A stretch of 64,000 nt of DNA from a virus. The notes beneath the pieces were generated by a model. The model had not been told where the DNA came from. It saw only the letters and a list, made by a program, of their open reading frames with translations, and searched no databases. The first letter of the stretch is position 1. Each line of letters starts with the position of its first letter. The stretch covers positions 47,145 through 111,144 of IMG/VR virus record IMGVR_UViG_3300042889_001061; one strand, 5' to 3'. This document shows positions 39,769-51,778 of this stretch, piece after piece. The translations under genes were made by a program, and so were the position numbers.

Positions 39769-42377
39769 CGGTAAATGCGTTTTGGAGTTTGAAGAATTCT
39801 ACGGCATCCACTTAACTGAAACAGTGGATGCCGTTGTCGACTTGGCCAAAGAACACAATGCAAGACGCACCTCTTACAATATGTGGGAATTCAAAGATCA
39901 AAAAACAGCAGAAGAATTTATATTTTTATATAGGCTAACACATGAAAATAAAAATTAAGCGCACAGACAAGCGTCATACTGCTCACAACAGATTTAAATA
40001 CTATGTCGAGATCAAACACGATGACTGGTCAAAACGAAATGACGCTCGCGAAAAGTTTTTTGAATTAAGATTATGGTGCTGGGAAACTTGGGGACCCAGC
40101 CGAGAAGTTGATCAATATAGTTTAGATTATAAAGACACACCTGACAAAAATAACCATTGGTCTTGGATTAATGATCCTTATAGAGCAAGATTGTACTTAG
40201 CCAGCCCAGAAGATGCTGCCTTCTTTACATTAAAGTGGGCATGACTGAATTCAAAATATATCGCAGTCTAGATAAGGTATTGGATATAGTTTATACTCTA
40301 CGCAGTCAAGGACTACAGCAGGGAAAGGACTTTGATTTTACCTGGGTTCCAGAAAATAACTATGGATTTTATCACGAAGAAGAATATAAGAAACACGTCA
40401 TCTTTACTTTTTACAATGACGAACTTGCTATGATGTTTGCACTAAAATATGGATCATAAATTATACCCTTATCAACAACAAATCTTAAAAAATATTGTAT
40501 CGGGCGGTACCAAGACTATTATTTCTTCAGGCAGGCAATTAGGAAAAAGCCGTGTAAATCAGTGGATACAATGGCTTCCGGATGATGCTACGAACTATCG
40601 AGTCCACAGACAAGCCTTGGTAGATAATAAACCGTGGTATACGGTTCACTGTGGCAAAGATGTGTCTGCTTGGATCAGGCAACAACCATGTAAAGACAAA
40701 GAATGGTATCAGCACATCGATGCTAGGTGGGATATGTATGTGTATGCATTCGATATTACCGAAGAACTTTATATGTTGTTAGTTTTAAAGTTTGGAAAAT
40801 GAAAACCACAGACATAAAAAATCTCATAGACAATGTAACCGAAAATTTAAAAAGTCGGTGGGACTTCTATCGTCATGCCGCTTACTTGAAAGAAAAGAAC
40901 TGGACTGAAGAGCAATATCAAGACTATAAGGATCCCGATAGAAATCTACGTGCTACTCGTATTAAAGATTACTATCGAGGATATCCTTATATTGTGGTAT
41001 TCGAAAGTTCCCGTGGTGATCCATGGACAAGATATCCCAGTTGGGTGGAAGGCTACAAGGCTTTATCAAGGTGGTGTCAAAAAAACTGTAAAGATAAATT
41101 CCGCAGTGATATTCATAGAGTTATTCGAGCACCAAGTACTGGCAACGAATGGGAGTTGAATGACATTGGCGGTGGTGATGCATTGTTTTTCGTGTTTAAG
41201 AGCCAAGAAGATTGTTTTATGTTTACATTAAAGTGGGGCGGAGGATGACTGCAATGAAAATTAAAGGGCATGGCCCAGCAGTTGCCGCCGCCACTTGGCT
41301 CAAAAACAAAGGTTGGCACTACACAATGAAGTTATCTAATAATCGTCCATTCAGTGCAATCTACGACATAAGTATATCAAACAGAGAACAAGCGATGATA
41401 TTTAAATTAACCTTTGGAGCCGAAATTGTTTAAACGAATTCTATTAATATTTTGTTTGCTATTTGCAAACAGCGTATATGCCAACAGCTACGGGCTCTAC
41501 GATTTTGACAACGTTCGATATGAGCACAGCAAAAATACCGCCGACGTCCGCAGTATTGCCAGCATAACAAAACTATTCACAGCCTACGCAGTAGTCATGA
41601 GTTTAGTAGATTTAGATGAAAAAGTCAAAGTACAGGGAAAATCCTCTGGCAGATTTGCTCGTGGCTCTTATTTACAACGCAGTGAATTGATGCGGGCCAT
41701 GTTAATGAGCAGTGATAATTTAGCCGCAGAAACATTAGCTCACGCCCACCCTGGAGGTTACGAACAATTTCTCAAAGATATTAATTGGCATCTAGGACTT
41801 AATGGATTTAAAGAAACTAAAATTGTAGACGCCACAGGCTTACTGGCAGGCAACGTCAGCACAGTGGATGAACTAAAAGAGTTTTTGTTTATATTACGCA
41901 GAATAGATATCATTAGATATTATAGCAGTGACAAAATATATTCGGTTAAATATCAACCACCAAAGAGTAAACGTACAATAACTATTCAATTAAGGAATAC
42001 TAATCCACAGATTTTTACCTATGACAGTATTGTACTGACTAAAACAGGATTTACCAACGCCGCTGGTAGATGTCTTGCCATGCTAGTAGAAAAGAATGGT
42101 GTGCTGTATGCTATGATCACATTGGGTAACAAAGATGTCAGACAGCGCACCGGTGTCATCAACGAAATGTTCAACGTACATGTACATGACTGAAGTACGA
42201 GTGGATTGGCAAGCCGGAGACGATGTTCCCCTTTGGGATAAAAAATGTATCAGTGTGTTAGAACGTTTTGGATTGCCTGGCAACAAATACGAAACTAAAA
42301 TAACTGATGATTATATGATTTTTTATTTCGATGATCCCGAAGATGCATTAGTAGCAAAACTAATGTTGGGCGGATAG
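39746..42377 (+). repeat. Paralog run with C-terminal 'F...eda..F.LkwG' motif (39746, 39942, 40241, 40449, 40799, 41245, 42186)
   Basis: DAAFFTLKWA, LAMMFALKYG, YMLLVLKFG, DCFMFTLKWG, QAMIFKLTFG, DALVAKLMLG. Confidence 0.7.
41414..42193 (+). CDS. D-alanyl-D-alanine peptidase, peptidase S11 (PBP7/DacA-like)
   Basis: ASITK, SDN, KTGFT.AAGRCL. Confidence 0.9.
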   Translation: MEPKLFKRILLIFCLLFANSVYANSYGLYDFDNVRYEHSKNTADVRSIASITKLFTAYAVVMSLVDLDEKVKVQGKSSGRFARGSYLQRSELMRAMLMSSDNLAAETLAHAHPGGYEQFLKDINWHLGLNGFKETKIVDATGLLAGNVSTVDELKEFLFILRRIDIIRYYSSDKIYSVKYQPPKSKRTITIQLRNTNPQIFTYDSIVLTKTGFTNAAGRCLAMLVEKNGVLYAMITLGNKDVRQRTGVINEMFNVHVHD

Positions 42378-42379
42378 AG

Positions 42380-42520
42380 TTGTAATCTTATTGTAACAGT
42401 ATTTCTATTAAATATAACATCGCTGGTCAGCGGCGTACAATGTGATAAATGGCTGACACTAAGAGCCCATGGGCTCTTTTTTTATGGTTAACAGCGTTGT
42501 AATCGAATTTTGGTTAAATA
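42380..42520 (+). promoter_or_regulatory. Two Pho-box-like promoters flanking a ~65-nt terminated sRNA candidate
   Basis: TTGTAAT/TTGTAAC at 42380/42391 and GGTTAAC/TTGTAAT at 42486/42497; TAAATA 18 bp after each second half-site; terminator AAGAGCCC-AT-GGGCTCTT-TTTT. Confidence 0.6.
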
Positions 42521-42525
42521 TTACT

Positions 42526-43317
42526 ATGACAACCAAAACATATCGCAGTATTTTTATCAGTGACATACATTTAGGTACAAGAGATTGTAAAGCAGAAAAA
42601 CTAAATAACTTTTTAAAACATAATACCTGCGATACCTTATATCTAGTGGGTGATATAATAGATGCATGGCGAATACAACAAAATAAATGGCGTTGGAAAC
42701 AAAGTCATACCAATGTTGTTCGTAGAATACTAGGACATGCAAAAAGAGGCACACGAGTTATATATGTAGCAGGCAATCATGATGAATTTCTTAGACCAAT
42801 GATACCCTATGGATTTAGCTTTGGATCAATTGAGATTTGTAATCAAACAAATCACACCGGTGTGGATGGACTAAAATATCTTGTTGTTCATGGTGATTTG
42901 TTTGATGGTATTACAAGACTGGCACCTTGGTTATCATTTTTAGGAGACAGGGCATATGATTTCATTTTATCGCTTAATAGCAAGTTCAATTGGATACGCC
43001 ATCGCTTTGGTTTTGGGTATTTTAGTCTTAGTAAATATCTCAAACATAGAGTAAAAAAAGCCATAGACTTTATGTTCAAGTTCGAACAAAATCTTGCTGG
43101 CTATTGTAAGAAGCGTGGCTTTGACGGAGTTATTTGCGGACATATACATCACGCAGAAATCAAAGACATTGACGGGGTTAAATATATGAATGATGGTGAC
43201 TGGGTCGAAAGTTGTACTGCTTTAGTAGAACATCACAGCGGTCACTGGGAAATCATTACATGGACCAAGGAGAAAGACAATGTGGTTATTGATCCTATTA
43301 GCAATTCACAGCAATGA
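42526..43317 (+). CDS. plcP: PlcP-like phospholipase C (LpxH-like metallophosphoesterase)
   Basis: ISDIHLG, LVGDIIDAW, GNHDEFLR, HGDLFD, ICGHIHHAE, NDGDWVESCTALVEH. Confidence 0.82.
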   Translation: MTTKTYRSIFISDIHLGTRDCKAEKLNNFLKHNTCDTLYLVGDIIDAWRIQQNKWRWKQSHTNVVRRILGHAKRGTRVIYVAGNHDEFLRPMIPYGFSFGSIEICNQTNHTGVDGLKYLVVHGDLFDGITRLAPWLSFLGDRAYDFILSLNSKFNWIRHRFGFGYFSLSKYLKHRVKKAIDFMFKFEQNLAGYCKKRGFDGVICGHIHHAEIKDIDGVKYMNDGDWVESCTALVEHHSGHWEIITWTKEKDNVVIDPISNSQQ

Positions 43318-43446
43318 TCCAAAAGATGTTCCGGGACGAATAGAACTAACATTCCAAGATAAGGTATCCTGTGAACAAAGTTTACAAACTATGACTTATT
43401 GGTTAAAGTTTAATCAATTCAAAATTGAAGGAAGGTGTATAAAAAA

Positions 43447-44157
43447 ATGAAAATCAGTGATAAAATTACCATTGTAGTACCCTGCAAGAATGAAGAAAAC
43501 TACATCGCACATTTATTAATGCATTTGCGCCAGCAATCAATTGGCAATACTAGAATTATCATTGCAGATTGTAGTACGGACAATACACGAGAAGTTATAG
43601 AAATAATGAAAGGCGAATTGAATGTTGAAGTCATCGACGGAGGCCCTGTGTCTTTGGCCAAGAACAATGGAGCCGCAATGGTCACTACTCCTTATATCTT
43701 ATTCATCGATGCTGATGTTCGATTCTTCAAGGACTCAGTAATACAAGACGCTGTTAATATTATCGAATCAAAGAATTTAGATTTAGTTGGATTGAAAATC
43801 AAGTGTTATGATCGTGATCTAAGAGCCCATCTTGGATTCATTATTTTTAATACTATAAACCATGCCATGAAGTATTTTTCACCTTTTGCAGTTGGAGCTT
43901 TCATGCTGACACGCAGAGACAGGTTTGAGGAATATGGCGGCTTCCCTGAAAACTTTTCAACCAGCGAAGACTACTTCTTGAGCCGCAAGTACAGCCCACG
44001 AAAGTTTAGAATTGTCCGACATCATTTTGGACAAGATAGTCGCAGGTTCAAGAAGATGGGTTATATGGGCATGGCCAAGTATCTTGTAAAAAACTTTGTC
44101 AACCGCAACAATAAAGCATACTGGGACAGTTTAGACTCTTCAAAATATTGGAGTTAA
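43447..44157 (+). CDS. Family 2 glycosyltransferase
   Basis: IVVPCKNEE, DCSTDNT, LFIDAD, EDY, SRRF. Confidence 0.9.
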   Translation: MKISDKITIVVPCKNEENYIAHLLMHLRQQSIGNTRIIIADCSTDNTREVIEIMKGELNVEVIDGGPVSLAKNNGAAMVTTPYILFIDADVRFFKDSVIQDAVNIIESKNLDLVGLKIKCYDRDLRAHLGFIIFNTINHAMKYFSPFAVGAFMLTRRDRFEEYGGFPENFSTSEDYFLSRKYSPRKFRIVRHHFGQDSRRFKKMGYMGMAKYLVKNFVNRNNKAYWDSLDSSKYWS

Positions 44158-44209
44158 TTGACATAAATTCATTTTGGTAATATAATACTATTTTACGAAA
44201 GGAAATAGT

Positions 44210-44404
44210 ATGACTGTTACTGTAGCAAGAATGAACGACAGAGTTGTCGAAGTTGTCAGGGTCGTAGACACTGTTTCCTTTTCCACCGAGCGTGGCTGGG
44301 TCATGGTATGTTTCGACTTTGAAAAAGCAGAGCGTAAAAAAAGCGAATTCCGTTGGGTACCTGCAAGCACCCGATTTGACTGGGTTCGCACGTTTGCTTT
44401 CTAA
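44210..44404 (+). CDS. Small hypothetical protein (promoter cassette)
   Basis: Promoter 44156, AAGGAA RBS. Confidence 0.6.
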   Translation: MTVTVARMNDRVVEVVRVVDTVSFSTERGWVMVCFDFEKAERKKSEFRWVPASTRFDWVRTFAF

Positions 44405-44474
44405 ACCCAATTAATTGACACAAATTGGGTTTGGCTTTATAATACATACATAGTAAACAAAACAGGAGTCGAAA

Positions 44475-44765
44475 ATGGGTTTAAGATACGATACATTGGG
44501 TGAGATGATTACTTTGAACGAACAAGAAAAACGTGAAGTTCGTATGTATGGCGTCACTGAAAAGGGTATGCGTGAAGCAGTTGAAAGTTCAATTACTTTC
44601 AAACTTTCTGGACCTATGATGATGGCCGCGGGCATTCTCAGCGATGCACAAGAAATGATTAACACAGAATACGGCGAAGTTGACAGTATGCGAGCAGAAG
44701 ATGCTCGTCAAGCGATTAATCGTGCTAAGTGGATCATGTTTGAATACATGGACAAACCACGTTAA
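44475..44765 (+). CDS. Hypothetical protein (promoter cassette)
   Basis: Promoter 44413, AGGAG RBS. Confidence 0.65.
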   Translation: MGLRYDTLGEMITLNEQEKREVRMYGVTEKGMREAVESSITFKLSGPMMMAAGILSDAQEMINTEYGEVDSMRAEDARQAINRAKWIMFEYMDKPR

Positions 44766-44814
44766 TTGATACAAATTGTTTTTGGTGTTATAATATACAC
44801 ATAGTAAGAAAATA

Positions 44815-44985
44815 AGGTTGCTGAAGTAAAGAGCACGTAAGTCCGCTTGAGGAACAGCGGTAAAGCCCCAGAGCACTGGGGCACTTAGGTGGGGCAACGG
44901 ATAATTACGGTTCGTTCAAAAAGCAAGCCACGCGAAAGCAAAAAGGCAAGCAGGAACGATTAAATGGGCCTAGCCCAGCCAATCT
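44815..44985 (+). ncRNA. Candidate ~170-nt multi-branched structured RNA in a cassette leader
   Basis: GC-rich; hairpins CCGCT/AGCGG, GCCCCAG/CTGGGGC, CACGTAAGT/ACTTAGGTG, TCGTTC/GAACGA. Confidence 0.65.
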
Positions 44986-45500
44986 AATTTAACAGGAGTT
45001 GAAATGAAAGATAAAGAAAGAGCAAAAAAACTTGCCAAGGCAAGAGAGTTGATTGCACGAGCCGAGGACTTGATTTCAGAAGCCTTGCCGGCCACTGAGT
45101 ACAGTCAAGACATGTGTTTTTCACTGTATAAAAATTATGTATCATTGGAAAGCGATGTTGCATTTTATAAACACGGCGAAGTTGATCCCGTCCGTTAAGG
45201 AACTGTCATGGGTTTTGTAGTTTATAACAAAGAAAACGGCCGAGGAGAACGGTATTACAAAACCGAATCCGTGGCCAAGTCACAGGTCACTCGTCATAAC
45301 AAAGAATTGGATTGGCGTGGCCGACCTGTGTCAGAATGGGCACATTGCTCATATCTCGAATATGAAGGTATTCTAATGGGAATGAATGATTCTACTTGGT
45401 GTATGTGGAAGTTCTTCCAACAAGGAAAATTTGCCACTAGTTGACTATGAATAGCGAAAAATGTTGCAGTATGATAAATATAATGTTAGGAGAAACAAAC

Positions 45501-45725
45501 ATGGCAACATTTAAAGAGTGGCAAGCGGCAAATTTGACAGAACAACAGCAAGAAGAGTGCAATCAATTGGGCGTGGAATATCAAGATAAATTAATTGCAT
45601 CAAACGCAAATATTTCGGTAAATCCACCAACATGGTCTACTGATGATGAAAGATGCACATTTTATAATAACGTTAATCCAAAATTCAACGAATATTGGAA
45701 ACGATACGAACTTGCTAATACGTAA
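45501..45725 (+). CDS. Small monocistronic protein
   Basis: TAAATA, AGGAG RBS, terminator 45742-45769. Confidence 0.65.
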   Translation: MATFKEWQAANLTEQQQEECNQLGVEYQDKLIASNANISVNPPTWSTDDERCTFYNNVNPKFNEYWKRYELANT

Positions 45726-45846
45726 TATAGAAGTATACATTTAAAAACCCGGATTTTCCGGGTTTTTTTATGTCAAAAATATCCGTTAATTGACTGAAAT
45801 TGATTTTGGTGCTACAATGTTTGTATTGTAGTTAAAAGGAGTCAAA

Positions 45847-48576
45847 ATGATTACCAGCACAGAATACAGTATGTTCACAGATCAAGGCAATCTTGCCGTT
45901 GCGGCCTTGGTCAACTATGCCCGAGTGGCAGGCCTTACTTGGCCCGAAACTTGTCGTTGTTTGGAATCTCTGTCCAGAAATGATGCTTACGGAGAAGCCA
46001 TGGATACAGCGGTACGAGAATGTGTCTATAGTGCTCTTGGATTTGAGTCAAATTTTTATTGCTAAATTGACTGAAATTGGTTTTGGTGTTATAATTAATA
46101 CTTAGCAACAAGGAGATGGTATGAAAGAAATCAAAATTAAAGTATTCGGTGATTCAGGTCATGCGTGGGCCCGCTTCCCAAAAGCTCGCTTGGTCAAACT
46201 TGGCATCGCTGATAAGATCACTCCCTACAGTTATCAAAATGGTGTGAATGCCTTTTTGGAAGAAGACTGTGACTTGTCAACACTAATTAACACTTTGCAG
46301 GCCAAAGGCTTTAAGGTCAAGTTCGAAGAAAGTTTTACCAATAAGTCCAGCAAGATTCGCGGCTATTGCAGTTACCAGGCTTAATTGACTGAAATTGGTT
46401 TTTGGTGTTATAATACATTATCGCAACAAGGAGTAGACATGAAACTTACTACAGCAATTTCGGTTTTAGAAAAAGATGCTAAATTTTTAGGTATGAGCTT
46501 TCTCAGCTATATCAAATTTGTCAGAGACAACCCTTTGGCTCAAACTCAAAAAACTATGGAAGCCTATCGTGTGTTTACCGCAGAGGCTACGGCGTTCTTT
46601 GCTTAAGGATTGATGATGAAACGAATTTTAGCAGTGGTATTGGTTAGCACATTGTTTACTGGTTGTGCTCAACTACAAGATGGTGCCCGCAGATATATGA
46701 CATCTCCTGCAGAATTGGCAGTAGAAGATTGTAATAAAATGGGGTTCAAATCAGGAACTCAGTCATTTCAGAATTGCGTACTGACGACTAGTCAAAGTAT
46801 CAGAAACGCAAGAGCACAACAAGCCGCGGCTTCCGAAGCCGCACGGATTTCAGCTGAAAGATCACGTCCTAGATCTATTAATTGTACTAGGACTGGTTCA
46901 TATGTTAATTGCACAGAGTTTTAAGTTGTAAAAATACCCAATAATTGACATAAATTGGTTTTGGTTGTATAATACTTACATAGCGAAACAAAACAAGGAG
47001 TTGGCAATGGGCTATCGTGTTATGAATTCTGTGGACAATATGCGTGAAAAGTATGGAGCCCGTGCGGGCTTGGAAGGTCCTTTCAACTACGATGGTCGCG
47101 TTCTTTACTACGATCCAAAAGAAGGCGCCTACTACGATCCAACCACAGACTTCTATGTGGAGAATGATGAGTTGGCCATCATCATGAAAATGTCTAACGT
47201 CTAAGGAGAAGAGATGATTGATACAACTCAAGAATACACCGTAGAGCACAACGGCCGCTCATTCACATTCAAGCATGGCGATCCATTTGATCGCGGCATG
47301 TCAGACAGCTACTATGGTCGCATCCGTGGACCACACAAAGGCGGCGTTGGCGGCAACAGCGGCCTTCGCAACACGAACCTCTCTCTGCAAGAGATCGCAG
47401 ACTACGGTGCTGGCTATAACTATAACGAAGCTTCTGGCGACAAGAAAGAATATTGACACAAATTGGGTTTGGCGTTATAATATATACATACAGCAACAAA
47501 AAGGACTTGAAAATGACAGCATTTACATCTTGGGAAGAAATGACAGAGTTAGAGCAGGCCCAGACTACATTCTGGGATATGTACAAGGATGCTCATGGTT
47601 TCCGTCCACGCCACGTTGACACTTCTACCTGGACACTCGCGCAGTTCGAGCAAGAGTTTGTTGAGTTGTCAGAAGTGATGAAAGCCAACGATATCCAACA
47701 AGGTATCCAAGAAGCGATTGCCACTGAGAATTTTGAACGACGTGTTGCAGAGTTGTTGAGCATGGGTGCTAAAGACTATGCCATGGCTTTACGTTGGATC
47801 CACGAAGCTGAAGAGACTAATGGCGACGACAGCTACCTTGCTTGGACACTGGGCTTGCCCTATCGTTACTTTGCTAAACAAACCCAAACAGTTTAATAGG
47901 AGACACTATGTCTAATAAATTACTAGTTCGCTTCCAACGTCAAGTTGAATCGCAGAATGCCACACTGGCCAAGTTCAAGTTGGCCCTGGACAAAGATCCG
48001 GCTCACGCTCTTACTTGGGGCTTGGATGCTTTCCGCAGTGCCGCAACTCTTAAAGTTCTGAATCAAATCGTTGGTTCATTGGAAGCAGGCCACGCAGACA
48101 TGGAGAACATCAAAGCCACATTGATGGATCGTGTTTTGCATCGTAGCAAGTACCCTGCACAAAGCACTAGTCCAACCAGCAACCTCATGGAACAATATGA
48201 GTTGTCGGCCTGCGCTGAAATCCTGTCAGATTTGCAGTACATAGATTAATTGACTGAAATTGGTTTTGGTGTTATAATATATACATACAGAAACAAAAAG
48301 GACTTGAAAATGCGTAAACAACAAATCGTCAGTGGAATGAATAACAGCCAAAAGATCCGTTTTATTGTCAACGGTTTTGGTATGTATTGCAAGGTCTCTG
48401 ACATTGAAAACTTTGCTACCAGCCCACATCGTGTTGCAGTTATTTCAGCATTACAGCATCTACAATGCGACCGTGATTTGCACAAGAGCACAGGCAGAAA
48501 AGACATGCCAACAGGCTTTGGAACTCGTAGTACATTCCAAGGTGTTGACATTGATGTTCAGGTAAACTTGGCATGA
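45847..48576 (+). other. Run of small promoter-cassette genes (45847, 46121, 46439, 46610 lipoprotein, 47007, 47214, 47513, 47908, 48310)
   Basis: Most have AGGA(G) RBS and follow a copy of the promoter repeat. Confidence 0.7.
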
Positions 48577-49516
48577 TAAAAGAATTATTGAATCCCATTG
48601 AAGTCATGCAAGTGCAAATTGATTTAGAAAAGCGTGGCATAAAGAATTATAATATGCAAGCAGGCAATGATTGCATTTGGGTTAACTATGGTTTGGTTAA
48701 CTGCTATTACATTTTTCGCAATGGCGAAATTGCAGATGTTCAAGTTGATTGATCATGGACACAATACTAATGTTTATTGGAGTGATTGTTTTTATTGCAA
48801 TCAAGTTTTGGCTTTTAACTAAAATCTAAAGGACTTATAATGTTGACAATTCAAGAAATTAATAAAGCAATTATGTTTGGCAAGTTCAGCAACGAGGAAC
48901 TGATCAGCATCGGTGATGCGCTCAAGTTTAATCGTGCCCAACTGGTCAAGCAGGTCAAAAGAAATGTGACCCTTGGCAGTACAGTGAAGTTTACCTCTAA
49001 CCGCAATGGCGTAACTTATGTTGGTACTGTGGAAAAGATTGCCATCAAGTATGTCACAATCCGTGATTCATCTGCCCGTGGACTTTGGAAAGTTCCAGCA
49101 AGTATGTTGGAAGTTGTATAATGTCTACTTGGTTTTTAATTATATTCCTTTCATTGCCCACTGGCGAAAGTGTGGATAAAGTAGCAGTTCGAATGAAAGG
49201 TACTGTGGAGCATAGTTGTGTTAAAGACAAGACTGGTATTTGGCGATATCCTAGTCCAATTGAAGGTGTTGAACGTCACAAAATTATAACAGTATGCGTC
49301 AGTGAAAAACATTGGCACGGTAAAGGTTAACTTAGGAGATTGTATGTTAGATAAATTTATTGTTTGGTTTGGTAATAATCGTAAAGCTATTGGTTATTCC
49401 ATTGGCGGCGTTAATATATTGGCTGGACTAAATCATGCTTTCCAAGGAGATTATGGATTGGCATTACTTTGGTTTATCATAGGCGGCGCTATAATTCTTG
49501 ACTCCTACGAATTCAA

Positions 49517-49750
49517 ATGAATAATAGAATCGAAGACTTGATGTATCAGTCTGGACTCACTGCCAGTGGCTGTTGGGATGAAATGGATGACTACGCCCAT
49601 ACTGCTATTGAAAAGTTTGGCAAGTTAACTGTCGAGGATTGTATCCAAGTGTTAGTCGATCATGGCTACACTGATGCGGCTCGTGCGTTGACCGAAGCAC
49701 ATTTTGGCGAAGAGCCCGAATGGCAAGTATATAAATTTCCGGAGATTTAA
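49517..49750 (+). CDS. Divergent member of the MNERI/HFGVEE family
   Basis: MNNRIEDL...EKFGKLTVEDC...AHFGEE. Confidence 0.65.
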   Translation: MNNRIEDLMYQSGLTASGCWDEMDDYAHTAIEKFGKLTVEDCIQVLVDHGYTDAARALTEAHFGEEPEWQVYKFPEI

Positions 49751-50371
49751 AATGGGATTTTTTAGTTGGAAGTGTGCCAAATCTGAAAAACCAGTGATGG
49801 CAGAAGTTGCAGTACAAGGAACTCCTTGGAGTTTTGCCAGCGATGTTATTGTACTGTTTAAAAATGGCGATCGTATCAGCGGCACCTATGATGGCTATGG
49901 CCGAGTCGATGGTTTCGAACTAATTGATCGCCCAGAAGAATCTTGGCGAATGATCATAGAACGCTATTACAACGGAGAAGCCTTCGAAGAATTGTCACAG
50001 AATAAATATGATCAAGGACAGGGATTCTTTTATAATGATGAAGATTTAGAACAAGAATTTAATGTCTTGACACTTAAATAAGATTAGTGTATAATAAGTT
50101 TTTAGGAATTGTATGGAGATAATTCGTTTTTTACAATGGCAATGGCGCCAGTTCGAACTATGGCAGAAATGTTATTTTGTAGCATTGTTTTGTTTGGGTT
50201 TTGGTCTGGCAACAGATAATCCGGTACACAAGGAATATATGTTAACACTGGGCGGCGGCATTATTGGTTTGCTACTATTCAAATGGGTGTTCATTGATCA
50301 AACAAAGAAAAGTTATAATGAATACAAACGTCAAAGAGATAATTTGTTTAATGAAATTAAAGGTGAATAAA

Positions 50372-50992
50372 ATGAGTTTGGTTCCAATGGTATTAGAACG
50401 CACGGGTAATTCAGAACGTGCCATGGATCTGTATAGCCGTTTAATGCGTGACCGTATTATTCTGCTTGAAGGCGAAGTACATGATCAAATGGCTAACCTT
50501 ATTGTAGCACAGATGCTATTCCTCGAAAGTGAAGACAGCGGTAAAGACATTACAATGTTTATTAACAGTCCTGGCGGAAGTGTAACGTCTGGCTTGGCTA
50601 TCTATGACACTATGCAGTTTATTAAACCAGATGTATCAACGTATGTCATGGGTCAAGCGTCTAGCATGGGTTCGTTCCTAGCACAGGCAGGTGCCGCAGG
50701 TAAGCGTTTTGTTCTTCCAGAAAGTCGTACGATGATCCATCGTGTTAGTTCAGGTACTCGTGGCACCAGCGGCAGTGTCCACGTACAAGACCTACAGTTT
50801 GAAGATGCTAAACGTAGTTTCGAGGAAAGTGTGCGGATCAACAAAAGATTGACAGAATTGTATGTACGTCACAATACTGCTGGCAAGACATATGATGAAC
50901 TATTTGCAACAATGAAGTTTGACACATTCCTTAGTGCAGAAGAGGCAGTGGCAAGTGGTTTGGCTGACCAAGTAATTTATAAACGACCATGA
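50372..50992 (+). CDS. clpP: ATP-dependent Clp protease proteolytic subunit
   Basis: [42 protein letters not shown]. Confidence 0.96.
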   Translation: MSLVPMVLERTGNSERAMDLYSRLMRDRIILLEGEVHDQMANLIVAQMLFLESEDSGKDITMFINSPGGSVTSGLAIYDTMQFIKPDVSTYVMGQASSMGSFLAQAGAAGKRFVLPESRTMIHRVSSGTRGTSGSVHVQDLQFEDAKRSFEESVRINKRLTELYVRHNTAGKTYDELFATMKFDTFLSAEEAVASGLADQVIYKRP

Positions 50993-51778
50993 TAGATTTT
51001 ATTACTAATACAATCTTTTGGGTTGCTGTTTTTTGGCTGGTTATAAAAATATGGGAAAAGTATCTTATTGCTAGGAATATTATCTTACAAGAAGAGCTCA
51101 AAGAGATGACCAATAAGATTAAAAATAATTTTATTTGTGTTGACATTGAAAAACATGATAATATGTTTTATTTGTACGAGAAAGATACTCGAGAATTTAT
51201 TGCACAAGGCAGCAACTTTGAAGAAGTTAAACAACGTTGTGAAAACAGGTTTAAAGGTAAATCAGTAGTTGCCAATGAAGAACAAATGGAACAACTTGGT
51301 TTAAAGTAATTTAGATGTTGACAGCCGTCTAAATCAGTGTTATAATAAGGCTGTGTTTTAATTTAATAGGATAGTAAAATGTCAAATATGACTTGGACAG
51401 TTACATGTGGTAAATTCCGTAAAGTGTTCGAGGACTTCCAATCAGCGAAGGCCGAGGCAGAAAAGGAATCGTGGCTACAGGACCGAAGTGCGGAGATTAA
51501 AACTAACTTGGGTAAGTCCAAGCGTGTTAAAGTTCACAAGCCATATAGCTTTGCATAATGGGATTTAAAATGTCTTGGAGTGTTAACAGAATACAAGGCG
51601 ACCTCCAGATGATGAGCCACGAATGCCGTTATCGTGGAAATGATGGCTATACTCAATTTGCTATCAAGAAGGACTTAATGGAAATTAAGTTTCTTCTCGA
51701 GGACTTAATTGAAAACTGCCCAACGTTTGTTGGTGAAGAAGAATGGTTGCATGAGCGCCTAATAAACAAACTTTCAAA

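Noticed and set aside
46385-48309. N-terminal extensions 'MTEIGFG...' in the ORF track
   Set aside because: These are translations of the promoter repeat from TTG; the real starts follow the downstream RBS.
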